Notes: a model not told the origin generated them from the letters alone. Shown: positions 28,215 through 37,608, counted from the stretch's first letter. The stretch is DNA of 48,433 nucleotides from an uncultured Bacilli bacterium (GCA_944359025.1 CALVSM010000001.1:1-48433), one strand, 5' to 3'. Numbers and translations: made by a program.

Positions 28215-28636
28215 GTGGCTTCACAAGGTAAGATACCCACTAACAAGTCATATTGGCTAACTGAATCTTTAATATTGAAATCTTTTTTTACTAATTTAAT
28301 GCCTGATAAATTTTGGGTTACTAACATTTTATCATATACGGTAATAGTGCCTTTTTTAGTTTGTAATTGTCGATTGTGGACATGGGTAGCAAAAGCTGGA
28401 TAAAAGCCACCACCAATTTCTAATATGTTAGAAGAGATATCAAAGTACTTTTCTAATAATTTTAAATAATCAGCATAAGGGATTTCATCTTTATACATTC
28501 CTAAAGCATCATATACTTGATTTAATATATCTGGGTTATCTAAAGGTAACATTTTCCCAAAATTATTCATAATATATTCAACGGCAGCTGGTGGATATTG
28601 TGTTTTATATTTAGCTAAAAATTCTTTTAAGTACAT
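27980..28636 (-). CDS. Hypothetical protein with a Rossmann/SAM-methyltransferase-like motif I
   Basis: ILEIGGGFYP resembles methyltransferase motif I (hhDhGxGxG). RBS AGGGGG. No confident family assignment. Confidence 0.6.
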   Translation of the reverse strand: MYLKEFLAKYKTQYPPAAVEYIMNNFGKMLPLDNPDILNQVYDALGMYKDEIPYADYLKLLEKYFDISSNILEIGGGFYPAFATHVHNRQLQTKKGTITVYDKMLVTQNLSGIKLVKKDFNIKDSVSQYDLLVGILPCEATTLIIKKANEENKNFFIVLCNCTHFSRQYLMFNQPSLEKWREHIKETFEETKKAGDEMLILDSPAKNTDYKVLIKQKK

Positions 28637-28688
28637 ATTATTACCCCCTTTTTAAGTAGTTATTATTATAATAAAAAAAAATAAAAAG

Positions 28689-29621
28689 TCAAATTAAAAA
28701 AGTTGTATCATCGATAAATTGATAGTCATTATATTTTAATAATCTTACTAGTTTGAATAAAGCTTCATCTTTAGCTTTAGCTTCTAACATAATATCTAAA
28801 TCAATATTTAAATGTTTAATTTTGTTTAAAAAATTAATAAAATCTTCTATATTTATATAATCGTGATGTGAGCGAAAATCTTTTTTGGTTTGATTTTTAG
28901 GGGAAGAAAAATGAATTTTAGGAGTTGTTGTCCAAGTTGAAAAAATGGCCCTTAAATATTTATCAATATCGATTTCATCGTTATTGCATATGTGATGATG
29001 GTAATCTAGGACAAAAGGAATGTTTAATTTTTTAGCCAAATTTAAACAGTCGATGACATTATATATCTTGTCATCATTTTCGATAGCGATACTTTTTTGG
29101 AGGTAGTCTGGGAGTTTATAAAAATTATTAATAAATCTTTTAATACTATTTTCTTTACCAAAGACACTACTACCGATGTGAAGAATAATAATTTTATTTT
29201 TAATATTCAAAGCTTCTAAAATTTTATAATGATATTCTAATATTGTAAAACTATTTTCTAAAACTTCTTTTTTTGTACTATTTAAAATACAAAATTGATC
29301 GGGATGTACATCGATACGCATTTTATTATTATTTATTTTCTCGCCAATTTTTTGATAGTATTTTTGATATTTTAAAATATAGTCAAAAATCACTTCTTTT
29401 TTCGTGGCTAAAGGAATTAATTTGGAAGTTAAACGGTAAAAATGAATATTATTTTTAATATTGTAATCAATTATTTTTTCTAAATTATTTAAGTTATCCA
29501 CAATAATTTTATCAATCTTATCAAAATTTTCATCTTTTTTAAAATTAGTATAAGTAATTGTTTTAGAACAACTTATATCTAATGTTTTAGAAATAGATAC
29601 ATATCCTAATCTTATCTTCAT
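28689..29621 (-). CDS. uvsE: UV damage endonuclease (UvdE/UvsE)
   Basis: N-terminus MKIRLGYVSIS, a TIM-barrel-type length of 310 aa, and HIGS/DYHHH metal-ligand segments typical of UVDE. Confidence 0.8.
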   Translation of the reverse strand: MKIRLGYVSISKTLDISCSKTITYTNFKKDENFDKIDKIIVDNLNNLEKIIDYNIKNNIHFYRLTSKLIPLATKKEVIFDYILKYQKYYQKIGEKINNNKMRIDVHPDQFCILNSTKKEVLENSFTILEYHYKILEALNIKNKIIILHIGSSVFGKENSIKRFINNFYKLPDYLQKSIAIENDDKIYNVIDCLNLAKKLNIPFVLDYHHHICNNDEIDIDKYLRAIFSTWTTTPKIHFSSPKNQTKKDFRSHHDYINIEDFINFLNKIKHLNIDLDIMLEAKAKDEALFKLVRLLKYNDYQFIDDTTFLI

Positions 29622-29694
29622 ATAATCACCAATTATAGTATGGATATAATTTAATTAAATATGATATAATTTTAATTAGAAAGAAGGTTGTGTG

Positions 29695-30345
29695 ATGAAG
29701 AAATATATTTGTCCGATTTGTGGGTATGTCTATGATGAAGCAAAAGAAGGCGTTAAATTTGAAGATTTGCCAGATGATTGGAAATGTCCTTTATGTGGTG
29801 CTCCTAAAAATTTATTTAAAGCTGAAGCTATCGAAGTGACTAAAGATGAGATTAAAGATGAAGTTGTAGAGTCATCAGAAACTAAAGAAGATTTAAGAGA
29901 AATGAGTGATTTAGAAATAAGTGCTTTATGTAGTAGTTTAGCTAGAGGATGCGAAAAACAATATTTAGATGAAGAAAAAGAATTATTTACTAAATTAGCT
30001 AATCACTATAAAAATAAAGCGCAAAATAAAGAATCTAGTGATTTAGAAAGCTTAATTTCTAAAATTAATGAAGATTTAAATATTAATTATCCCAAAGCAA
30101 GAAAAGTAGCAGAAGAAAAAATGGATCGCGGAGCTTTAAGAGTAATTACTTGGGGGGAAAAGGTTTCAGCTATTTTAAATTCGTTATTAAGTCAATATCA
30201 AAATGATAAAGAGTTTACTAAAAACACTAAAATTTATGTATGTGATATTTGCGGTTTTATCTATGTTGGTGATGAAAAGCCAGAAATATGTCCTATTTGT
30301 AAGGTCCCTAGTTTTAAATTATTAGAAGTGAAAAGAGGTGCTTAA
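29695..30345 (+). CDS. Rubredoxin-domain protein: N-terminal rubredoxin, a helical middle domain, and a C-terminal rubredoxin-like CxxC...CxxC knuckle
   Basis: The N-terminus [10 protein letters not shown]...[10 protein letters not shown] is a canonical rubredoxin. The C-terminus is [22 protein letters not shown] saw no ExxH di-iron motifs in the middle domain. Confidence 0.75.
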   Translation: MKKYICPICGYVYDEAKEGVKFEDLPDDWKCPLCGAPKNLFKAEAIEVTKDEIKDEVVESSETKEDLREMSDLEISALCSSLARGCEKQYLDEEKELFTKLANHYKNKAQNKESSDLESLISKINEDLNINYPKARKVAEEKMDRGALRVITWGEKVSAILNSLLSQYQNDKEFTKNTKIYVCDICGFIYVGDEKPEICPICKVPSFKLLEVKRGA

Positions 30346-30346
30346 A

Positions 30347-30844
30347 GTGAGTAAGTTAAGAGCGGTTAGAAATTTAAGAATTTGTAGCAAAGATTGTTTA
30401 TGTTTATATGTTTGTCCAACTGGGGCTACTGATACAGAAACTGGACAAATTGATTTTGCTAAATGTATCGGTTGTGGTGCTTGTAGTAAAGCTTGTCCTT
30501 CAGGCGCTATTTCAATGGTCCCATATCAATATCCTAAACAACAAATTAAAGATGAATTAGTTATTACTGACTTAAATAAATTAATAAAAAATAAAGTTTT
30601 AGAAGAACAAATTGCCGAAACAATTTATAAAAATAGTAATGATGAAATAGAAAAACAATTATTTAAATCAATAGCACGCGCTAATCGTTTAATGGCTGAA
30701 GATTTATATCGGGAAGCGGGATATATGTTACCACAAAGTAAAAATACTAAAGAATTTTTAGAAAGATTATTAGAAGAAAATAAAAACATTGAATTAAAAA
30801 CTGATATTGAAAAGTTATTAAATTTATTAGAATGTAACGAATAA
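30347..30844 (+). CDS. 4Fe-4S ferredoxin-domain protein
   Basis: CIGCGACSKACPSG plus an atypical first cluster motif CSKDCLCLYVCPTG. GTG 30347 is preferred, 9 nt after AGAGG. GTG 30338 is an alternative. Confidence 0.7.
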   Translation: MSKLRAVRNLRICSKDCLCLYVCPTGATDTETGQIDFAKCIGCGACSKACPSGAISMVPYQYPKQQIKDELVITDLNKLIKNKVLEEQIAETIYKNSNDEIEKQLFKSIARANRLMAEDLYREAGYMLPQSKNTKEFLERLLEENKNIELKTDIEKLLNLLECNE

Positions 30845-30852
30845 AATTGAAA

Positions 30853-30879
30853 TACAATCGTCTAGATTGTGTTTTTTTT
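30853..30879 (+). terminator. Rho-independent terminator
   Basis: ACAATC-GTCTA-GATTGT followed by G and 8 T. Confidence 0.65.
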
Positions 30880-30948
30880 AATCTTTTTTATTAAAAATCT
30901 TTTCAAAAGTTGATAAAAATGGTATTATTAAGATAATGGGAGGGTAAT

Positions 30949-31200
30949 ATGGTAACGAAAAAAGTTGTTGTAAAAAAAGAAACAGGGTTGCATGCTAGAC
31001 CTGGAAGTGAAGTTGTCGATATAGCAATGAAGTTTCAATCAGATATAAATTTAAAAAAAGGTGATAAAGTAATTAACGCGAAAGAAGTATTAGAAATATT
31101 ATCCGCGGATATTAATTTTAACGATGAAATTATAATTGAAGCTAATGGTGTAGATGAAAACGAAGCAGTTAAAGCTTTAGAAGAATATATAGGAAGTTAG
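30949..31200 (+). CDS. ptsH: Phosphocarrier protein HPr (His15 present, Glu at position 46)
   Basis: GLHARP with His at residue 15. A gap-free alignment to Bacillus HPr places NAKE where NLKS (Ser46) normally is. Confidence 0.85.
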   Translation: MVTKKVVVKKETGLHARPGSEVVDIAMKFQSDINLKKGDKVINAKEVLEILSADINFNDEIIIEANGVDENEAVKALEEYIGS

Positions 31201-31201
31201 T

Positions 31202-32914
31202 ATGGAATTATTAGGAATTAAAGTCGGAAATGGTTTAGGTTTAGGTAAATGTTTATTTGTCGATACTAAATTACCGAATCTTAATCAAGAAACTGCAACT
31301 TCTTTAGAAGAAGAAGTAATAAAAGTAAATAATGCAATCGATGAAGCAATTAAAGATTATGAAGATATTATCGCTTCATTAGATGATGAAGATTTAAAAT
31401 CTTTAACCGAATTTAATAAAAATGTTTTAATCTCACCAAGTATAAAAAAAGATATAACTAATATTATTAACGATAAAAAATGTTATGGTGATTTAGCTAT
31501 TGATATTTATTTTAATAATAAAATTAAGCAATTAGAAAATTTAGATAATAACTATTTAAAAGAAAGAGCTAAAGATGTTAAAGATATTCGCCACAAAGTA
31601 TTATCAAAATATTATGGAATCGTTGAATTTAACCCTGATAATTTAAAAGAAGATGTTATTTTAGTATCACATGAAATGACAGCTAATGTTTTATTGACGG
31701 ATAATATCGAGCATATTAAAGGTATTGTTTCAGAATTAGGAGGTAAAACAAGCCATATTGGTATTTTAACTACTTCTTTAGGCATTCCTTCAATTTTCGG
31801 TATCGATATTAAAAATTTAAAAAACGATGAATTGTTGTTTATCGATGGTAATAAAGGAATTATCGAAAATGAATTAAGTGAAGAAAGAATCAAAGAAATT
31901 AAAGAAAAAATAGCGACTGAATTAGCTTTAGCTAAAGAGTTAGATGATATTAAAGAGGCTAGAACTTTAGATAATTATTTATTTGAAGTAAGCGCTAATA
32001 CAGGTGATTTAACGGAATTAGAAAGAATTGATGAAATACCACTTGATGGCATTGGTTTATTTAGAACAGAATTTTTATATTTAAATAAAACTACCCCACC
32101 AGATGAAGATTATCTATTTGAAGTTTATAAGAGTTTTGCTACTAAATTAAATGGTAAACAAATGATTATTAGAACGCTTGATATCGGTGGCGATAAAAAA
32201 TGTCCTTATATCGATATTGGGGAAGAAGCTAATCCATTTTTAGGATATCGAGCTATTAGATATTGTTTAGATCATAAAGATTTCTTTAAAACATCTTTAA
32301 AAGCTATTTTAAGAGCTAGTGCTTTTGGTAATATTGCAATTATGTATCCGATGATTTCTTCAATTGAAGAATTAAGACAAGCTAATTTAATTTTAGAAGA
32401 AGCTAAACAAGATTTAAGAGATAATAAAATTAGTTTTAAAGAAGATATTAAAGTTGGAATTATGGTGGAAATACCGGCAGTTGCGGCAATGGCGGATATG
32501 ATGATAGAAGAAGTCGACTTCTTTAGTATTGGAACTAATGATTTAGTTCAATATACGACTGCAGTCGATCGAGGTAATACCAAAATTAGTAAATTATATG
32601 AATGGTTTAATCCTGGTGTAATTAGACTAATTAAAAATGCTATCGATGTTACTAAAAATTATGATGATAAATTTGTTGGAATGTGTGGGGAAATGGCGGC
32701 TGATCCATTAGGAATAATATTATTAGTTGGACTAGGTTTAGATGAATTTAGCGTTAATATTAATACTGTTAAAAAGACTAAAAAATATATTTCTTTATTA
32801 AATAAAAAAGAAACTGAAGAATTTGTAAAAACATTATTAAATTTAAAAACAGTTAAAGAAATAGAAGATAAATTAAATAAGTTTGCTAATGAAAAATATG
32901 GGAAATATTATTAG
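31202..32914 (+). CDS. ptsI: PTS enzyme I (phosphoenolpyruvate-protein phosphotransferase)
   Basis: GGKTSHIGILTTSLGIPS (active-site His), a PEP-utilizer TIM domain (FFSIGTNDL) and a length of 570 aa. Confidence 0.9.
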   Translation: MELLGIKVGNGLGLGKCLFVDTKLPNLNQETATSLEEEVIKVNNAIDEAIKDYEDIIASLDDEDLKSLTEFNKNVLISPSIKKDITNIINDKKCYGDLAIDIYFNNKIKQLENLDNNYLKERAKDVKDIRHKVLSKYYGIVEFNPDNLKEDVILVSHEMTANVLLTDNIEHIKGIVSELGGKTSHIGILTTSLGIPSIFGIDIKNLKNDELLFIDGNKGIIENELSEERIKEIKEKIATELALAKELDDIKEARTLDNYLFEVSANTGDLTELERIDEIPLDGIGLFRTEFLYLNKTTPPDEDYLFEVYKSFATKLNGKQMIIRTLDIGGDKKCPYIDIGEEANPFLGYRAIRYCLDHKDFFKTSLKAILRASAFGNIAIMYPMISSIEELRQANLILEEAKQDLRDNKISFKEDIKVGIMVEIPAVAAMADMMIEEVDFFSIGTNDLVQYTTAVDRGNTKISKLYEWFNPGVIRLIKNAIDVTKNYDDKFVGMCGEMAADPLGIILLVGLGLDEFSVNINTVKKTKKYISLLNKKETEEFVKTLLNLKTVKEIEDKLNKFANEKYGKYY

Positions 32915-32924
32915 GAGGTAAATT

Positions 32925-33395
32925 ATGGCAAAGAATAATATTTTATTAACAAGAATCGATAATCGTTTGATTCATGGACAAGTTGTTTGTAACTGGGCGG
33001 GAACAGTTGGAGCTAACTTAATTGTTGTCGTTGATGATGAGACTGCTAATAGTGATACCGAAAAAAGTATTATGCAATTAGCTGCTTCTTCATTAGGTTT
33101 CGATTCAAGATTCTTCACTGTTCAACACACTATCGATGTTATTGCTAAAGCTAGTGATAATCAAAAAATATTGTTAGTGTGTAAAACACCAGAAGTTTTA
33201 AGAAAATTAATCGAAGGAGGTGTGGAGATAAAGAAAGTAAACATCGGAAATATGCATTTTTCAGAAGGTAAAGAAAAAATTTCCGATAAAGTTTACGCCG
33301 ATAAAAAAGATTTGGATGATTTAAATTTCATTAAAAGTAGGGTTGATGAAATTTATATTCAGGATACGCCTGATTTTAAAAAAGAAGATTTTTAG
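32925..33395 (+). CDS. PTS mannose/sorbose-family EIIB
   Basis: RIDNRLIHGQV active-site His motif. Confidence 0.85.
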   Translation: MAKNNILLTRIDNRLIHGQVVCNWAGTVGANLIVVVDDETANSDTEKSIMQLAASSLGFDSRFFTVQHTIDVIAKASDNQKILLVCKTPEVLRKLIEGGVEIKKVNIGNMHFSEGKEKISDKVYADKKDLDDLNFIKSRVDEIYIQDTPDFKKEDF

Positions 33396-33404
33396 GAGGA
33401 AATT

Positions 33405-34172
33405 ATGGAAGTTACTTTACTTATGGGGATTATTATTACCCTAATTGCAATGGTTGTAGCTTTAGATAGTTCTTTGGAAGGGTTTTTTATCTTTCGTCCT
33501 ATCATTGTCTGCCCATTAATTGGTTTAGCAGTTGGTGATTTGGAAACAGGTTTACTTGCTGCTGGTATTGTCGAACTTGCTTTTGCTGGTATTACAGCAG
33601 TAGGAGGAGTTGTTCCACCAGATGCAGTTATGACAAGTATTATGACAGTTGTTTTAGCTAAAACGACTGGTGAACCAGTTGCTGCTGCTTTTGCTTTAGC
33701 AGTACCATTTGGTTTATTAGCGCAATTTATCGGTAACATTAAATCTACTGTTTTATCTTTCTTTAACAAAACAGCTGATCGTTACGCTAAAGAAGCTAAT
33801 TTAGGTGGTATCATGAGATTATGTATCTTTGGTATGACATTAACTGTTGTTATTTATGGTGTTTTAACCTTCTTATCAGTTTATGTTGCTCAAGATGCAT
33901 TAGTTGATTTAGTTAATATGATGCCAGAATGGTTAACTCATGGCTTCTCTGTAGCTGGCGGTTTATTACCAGCAATTGGATTTGCTATGTTATTAAGAGT
34001 AATCTTAAAAGCAAAATATGTACCATATTTATTAGCTGGCTTCTTATTTGCTACATTTATTCCAATTGATAATATTTTACCAGTTGCTATCATGGGTGTT
34101 GCTTTTGCATTATTAGAATATTATCGTGTTAATAACACAAATAAAGGAGGCGAATCTAATGAAGGCATCTAA
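33405..34172 (+). CDS. PTS mannose/sorbose-family EIIC
   Basis: Polytopic, Gly/Ala-rich, 255 aa, positioned between the IIB and IID genes. Confidence 0.8.
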   Translation: MEVTLLMGIIITLIAMVVALDSSLEGFFIFRPIIVCPLIGLAVGDLETGLLAAGIVELAFAGITAVGGVVPPDAVMTSIMTVVLAKTTGEPVAAAFALAVPFGLLAQFIGNIKSTVLSFFNKTADRYAKEANLGGIMRLCIFGMTLTVVIYGVLTFLSVYVAQDALVDLVNMMPEWLTHGFSVAGGLLPAIGFAMLLRVILKAKYVPYLLAGFLFATFIPIDNILPVAIMGVAFALLEYYRVNNTNKGGESNEGI

Positions 34173-34971
34173 AAAAGAAAAAAAATATCAAAAAGTAAGT
34201 AAAAGAGATATTACAGCGTTAGGATATCGTTCTTTACTTAACCAAGCTATTTTCAACTATGAAAGAATGCAAAATATTGGATTCACTGCTACTTTAGCTC
34301 CTTGTCTTAAGAAAATTTATAAAAACGACAAGAAAAAACTTGCCGAAGTTACGGAAGATAACCTAGAATTTATCAATACGCATAATGTTTTGGTACCATT
34401 CTTGGAAGGTTTGATGGTTTCATTATATGAAGGTGGCGAAGATCCAGAAACAGTTAAGAAAATAAAGATTTCGATGTTTGGACCTTTAGCTGGTATTGGT
34501 GATGCGATTTTCTGGTTTACAGTAATGCCTATTATGTCAGGTATTTGTGCATCTTTAGCTAGTGAAGGTAATGTTTTAGGACCTATTTTATATTTCTTAG
34601 TATTCTTAGCTGTATTTATTTTAAGATTCCCACTTGCTCATATGGGATATAGCACTGGTGTTAGTGCTTTGGATAAAATTCAAGCTAATACAGAAAAAGT
34701 TGGTAATTCAGCATCTATTTTAGGTGTTACAATTTTAGGTGGTTTAATTGCTAGTTATGTATCTATCACTTTATTACCACAAATTGAAATTAGTGATGGA
34801 ACATTTATTAGTTTACAAACTGATTTATTTGATAAGATTATCCCTAATTTATTACCATTTGCCTTTACATTCTTAATTTACTTCTTACTTAAGAAGAAAG
34901 TTAATCCAACTATATTAATTCTATCTACTTTAGTTGTTTCAGTTTTATTAGCATTCTTCGGAATTTTATAA
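34159..34971 (+). CDS. PTS mannose/sorbose-family EIID
   Basis: FNYERMQNIGF and NTHN... segments are typical of IID. ATG 34159 follows AAGGAGG. Confidence 0.8.
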   Translation: MKASKKEKKYQKVSKRDITALGYRSLLNQAIFNYERMQNIGFTATLAPCLKKIYKNDKKKLAEVTEDNLEFINTHNVLVPFLEGLMVSLYEGGEDPETVKKIKISMFGPLAGIGDAIFWFTVMPIMSGICASLASEGNVLGPILYFLVFLAVFILRFPLAHMGYSTGVSALDKIQANTEKVGNSASILGVTILGGLIASYVSITLLPQIEISDGTFISLQTDLFDKIIPNLLPFAFTFLIYFLLKKKVNPTILILSTLVVSVLLAFFGIL

Positions 34972-35375
34972 TGAAATATCTAGTAATAACTGGTCACGGC
35001 AATTATGCTAGTGGTGTGAAAAGTGCTTTAGAATTAATAATTGGACCAAAAGAAAATGTTTTTGCTTTTGACTTTTTGAAAGAAGAAAGTGAAGAAGAAT
35101 TTAGTCTAAAATTCAAAGATTTAGATAAAAACAATGAATACTTATTTGCTTGTGATTTAATGGGTGGAACACCTTATAAAGTTGTTTCTCGTCTTGATTT
35201 AAATAAAGAAATTTTAATTGGAACTAATTTAGGAGGATTACTTGATACAGCATTAAAAATGGATAAGTTATCTTTAACGGAATTAGCTGATAATTTAAAA
35301 GAAACAAGTTTAAAAAGTGTTGTTAATATCAAAGATTTGAAAATAGTAGAAAAGGAAGTAACCGATGGCATTTAA
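34971..35375 (+). CDS. PTS mannose-family EIIA
   Basis: The N-terminus VITGHGNYASG contains the phosphorylatable His. 134 aa. TAATG overlap with the IID gene. Confidence 0.8.
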   Translation: MKYLVITGHGNYASGVKSALELIIGPKENVFAFDFLKEESEEEFSLKFKDLDKNNEYLFACDLMGGTPYKVVSRLDLNKEILIGTNLGGLLDTALKMDKLSLTELADNLKETSLKSVVNIKDLKIVEKEVTDGI

Positions 35376-35979
35376 AAATTATATTTTCGATATCGATGGC
35401 ACTTTATTAAATACTTATGAGGTGGCTTATAAAGCTAAAGCAAAAGTATTAAAAGAATATAATATTCCTTTAGATAAAAAAATGTTTGATATAGGCTTTG
35501 CTTCAACTTCTGAAAAATCTTTAGAATTATTAGGAGTTGATTTAAATACTAAACAAGGTCAAGATATTTTGAAGAAGGAAAGTATTTATTACAATGAATT
35601 TGCTAAAGAAATTGAGATGTTTGATAATGCTTTAGAGGTTATTAAATATTTAAAAAATAATCATAATTTAGCTATTGTAACCTCAAGAAATAAAGATGAA
35701 GTTTATAACGAACCAAAATTAAATGAATTACTACCTTATTTTGATTATGTTATTACTGCTAGTGATGTTAAAAGTCCTAAACCGGATAAAGAAAGTTTAG
35801 AGGTATTATTTAAACAGTCTAATTGGAAAAAGGATGAATCTATTTTCATTGGTGATAGTAACAATGATAGTATGTGTGCTAATAGTTTTGGTATTAAATT
35901 TGGTCTTGCTGGTTGGGGTGCAGTTGATGAAGTAAAATATGATTATTATTTTAAAAATCTAGATGATTTAAAAAGTTGA
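35365..35979 (+). CDS. HAD-superfamily phosphatase
   Basis: Motif I FDIDGTLLNT, motif II VTSR and motif IV GDSNND. It overlaps the IIA gene by 11 nt. Confidence 0.8.
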   Translation: MAFKNYIFDIDGTLLNTYEVAYKAKAKVLKEYNIPLDKKMFDIGFASTSEKSLELLGVDLNTKQGQDILKKESIYYNEFAKEIEMFDNALEVIKYLKNNHNLAIVTSRNKDEVYNEPKLNELLPYFDYVITASDVKSPKPDKESLEVLFKQSNWKKDESIFIGDSNNDSMCANSFGIKFGLAGWGAVDEVKYDYYFKNLDDLKS

Positions 35980-35998
35980 CTTGATGGTCAACTTTTGT
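35971..35998 (+). terminator. Rho-independent terminator of the PTS operon
   Basis: AAAAGTTGAC-TTGATG-GTCAACTTTT followed by GTT. 10-bp perfect stem. Confidence 0.65.
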
Positions 35999-36021
35999 TA
36001 TGATTTAATTGGTGGTTTATT

Positions 36022-36456
36022 ATGAATAAATGGTTAAAAGGTATAATCTTTGTTGTTACTTCATTTTTATTGACATTGGTTATTTTTGAATTGACTGGCT
36101 GGCATCATTTTATGGATGCTTTAACGCCAATGGTTATCTTTAAGATGACGACATTTTTTATTTTAATTTTAGCTTTATTGTTAGAAATTGCTTATTTTCC
36201 TGAACCAAATGATAAGAAAATGTGGCTTATTTTATTAATTGTGGCTATTTTACCTTTTTTAACAGCTTTAGTTTTAGGAATTTATTTTGCTATTACAGGT
36301 TTTTCCGGTTTATGTTTATGTGGTAATTTTTATGGTTTTAAAGCTTTTTATGAAAGTATTTTGTTATATTTATATAATTATTATCCTAATTGTATAATTG
36401 GTCTTATTTTAATTGTATTAGCGATAGTTAAGATTAAAAAAACTCACCGAGTGTGA
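36022..36456 (+). CDS. Small polytopic membrane protein (144 aa)
   Basis: Four hydrophobic segments. RBS GGTGG. Confidence 0.55.
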   Translation: MNKWLKGIIFVVTSFLLTLVIFELTGWHHFMDALTPMVIFKMTTFFILILALLLEIAYFPEPNDKKMWLILLIVAILPFLTALVLGIYFAITGFSGLCLCGNFYGFKAFYESILLYLYNYYPNCIIGLILIVLAIVKIKKTHRV

Positions 36457-36462
36457 GTTTTT
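36436..36462. terminator. Bidirectional terminator shared by convergent genes
   Basis: AAAAAACTCAC-CGAGT-GTGAGTTTTT. Confidence 0.65.
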
Positions 36463-37495
36463 ATATTGTTTCAATATGTTCTAAAACTTTGTGGAAATCA
36501 GGATTATTACCTCTTAAAACTGATAATTCATTTGTGAATAATTGTAATGTGATTGCTGAAGTAAAGATAGCATATTTATCTTCGACATCATAATATAATG
36601 AATAATCAGCTTCTTTAGCAATTTCTTGATTATTTGTGAAAGCAATTGTTTTTACATTTAAGCTTTTTAAATCTTTAATCATTTTTAAGATATTATCGTT
36701 AGTTACTTTGTCGACACCAAAAAGGATAGTTGGTGTTTTCTCACTAGCCATAACAATTGGTCCGTGATAGAATTCACTACATGGATAAGCATGAACTGGA
36801 TAATGTGATGTTTCTTTGATTTTTAAAGCTAATTCCATCGCTAGTGATAGATCTTTACCTCTTGCCATAACTAAAGTATTTTCTGCATCTTTTAAAGTTG
36901 ATGCTAGAGTTTTAATTTCTTCATAATGATTTAACCCTTCATTTAAAGCATTAATTACTTTGTCGCTTTCTAGATTTAAATCTTCGTGATTAGTTAATTC
37001 ATAAATTAAAGATATTAGTAAATATAGTGAAGAAGTATAAGTTTTAGTAGCGGCATATGATACAGCTTCATCAACATCGTTCCATAAATTATATTTACAT
37101 TCGTTAGCAATAATAGATCCTTTAGTATTAGTTATCCCTAAAGTTAGAGCGCCTGTCTTATTAGCTTTTTCAACGACTTTGCAAATATCTTTACCTTTTC
37201 CTGATTGGCTTATTGCAATAACTAATGTTTTACTTAAATCAACTTCAACGTCATAAACAGTAAATACTGATGGTGTAGCAATGCTTACTGGTAAATGGTA
37301 GTATAGTTGAAATAAGTATTTTGCTAAAATCCCACTATGTAGGGAAGTTCCTCTTGCCGCAATTAAGATATTAGTTGGTTTAAATTCTTTAATTGCTTCT
37401 CCTATTTCTTTGATTAAATCTTTGTTAGTTTCCATACATCTTTTGATTAATTCTGGTTGTGCTTTGATTTCACTTAACATTATTGTTTCGTTCAT
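36461..37495 (-). CDS. Tandem SIS-domain sugar-phosphate isomerase/deaminase (AgaS / FrlB / GlmS-C-terminal-like)
   Basis: Two SIS repeats (IAARGTSLHSG..., VIAISQSGKGKD). 344 aa. RBS AGGAGG. Confidence 0.75.
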   Translation of the reverse strand: MNETIMLSEIKAQPELIKRCMETNKDLIKEIGEAIKEFKPTNILIAARGTSLHSGILAKYLFQLYYHLPVSIATPSVFTVYDVEVDLSKTLVIAISQSGKGKDICKVVEKANKTGALTLGITNTKGSIIANECKYNLWNDVDEAVSYAATKTYTSSLYLLISLIYELTNHEDLNLESDKVINALNEGLNHYEEIKTLASTLKDAENTLVMARGKDLSLAMELALKIKETSHYPVHAYPCSEFYHGPIVMASEKTPTILFGVDKVTNDNILKMIKDLKSLNVKTIAFTNNQEIAKEADYSLYYDVEDKYAIFTSAITLQLFTNELSVLRGNNPDFHKVLEHIETI

Positions 37496-37608
37496 ATTTT
37501 ACCTCCTATAATAATCATAACATAAATATAGTTATTTAGTTAAGTTTTTATTTAAAAATATTTAGAAAATGTGTAAATGTTTGATATAATTAATTTGAGG
37601 TAATTAAT

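Noticed and set aside
30910-30937. A TTGATA-16-GATAAT promoter-like match upstream of ptsH.
   Set aside because: The -10 element ends 2 nt before the GGGAGGG RBS, so a transcript from it would lack the ribosome-binding site. The match is probably fortuitous.
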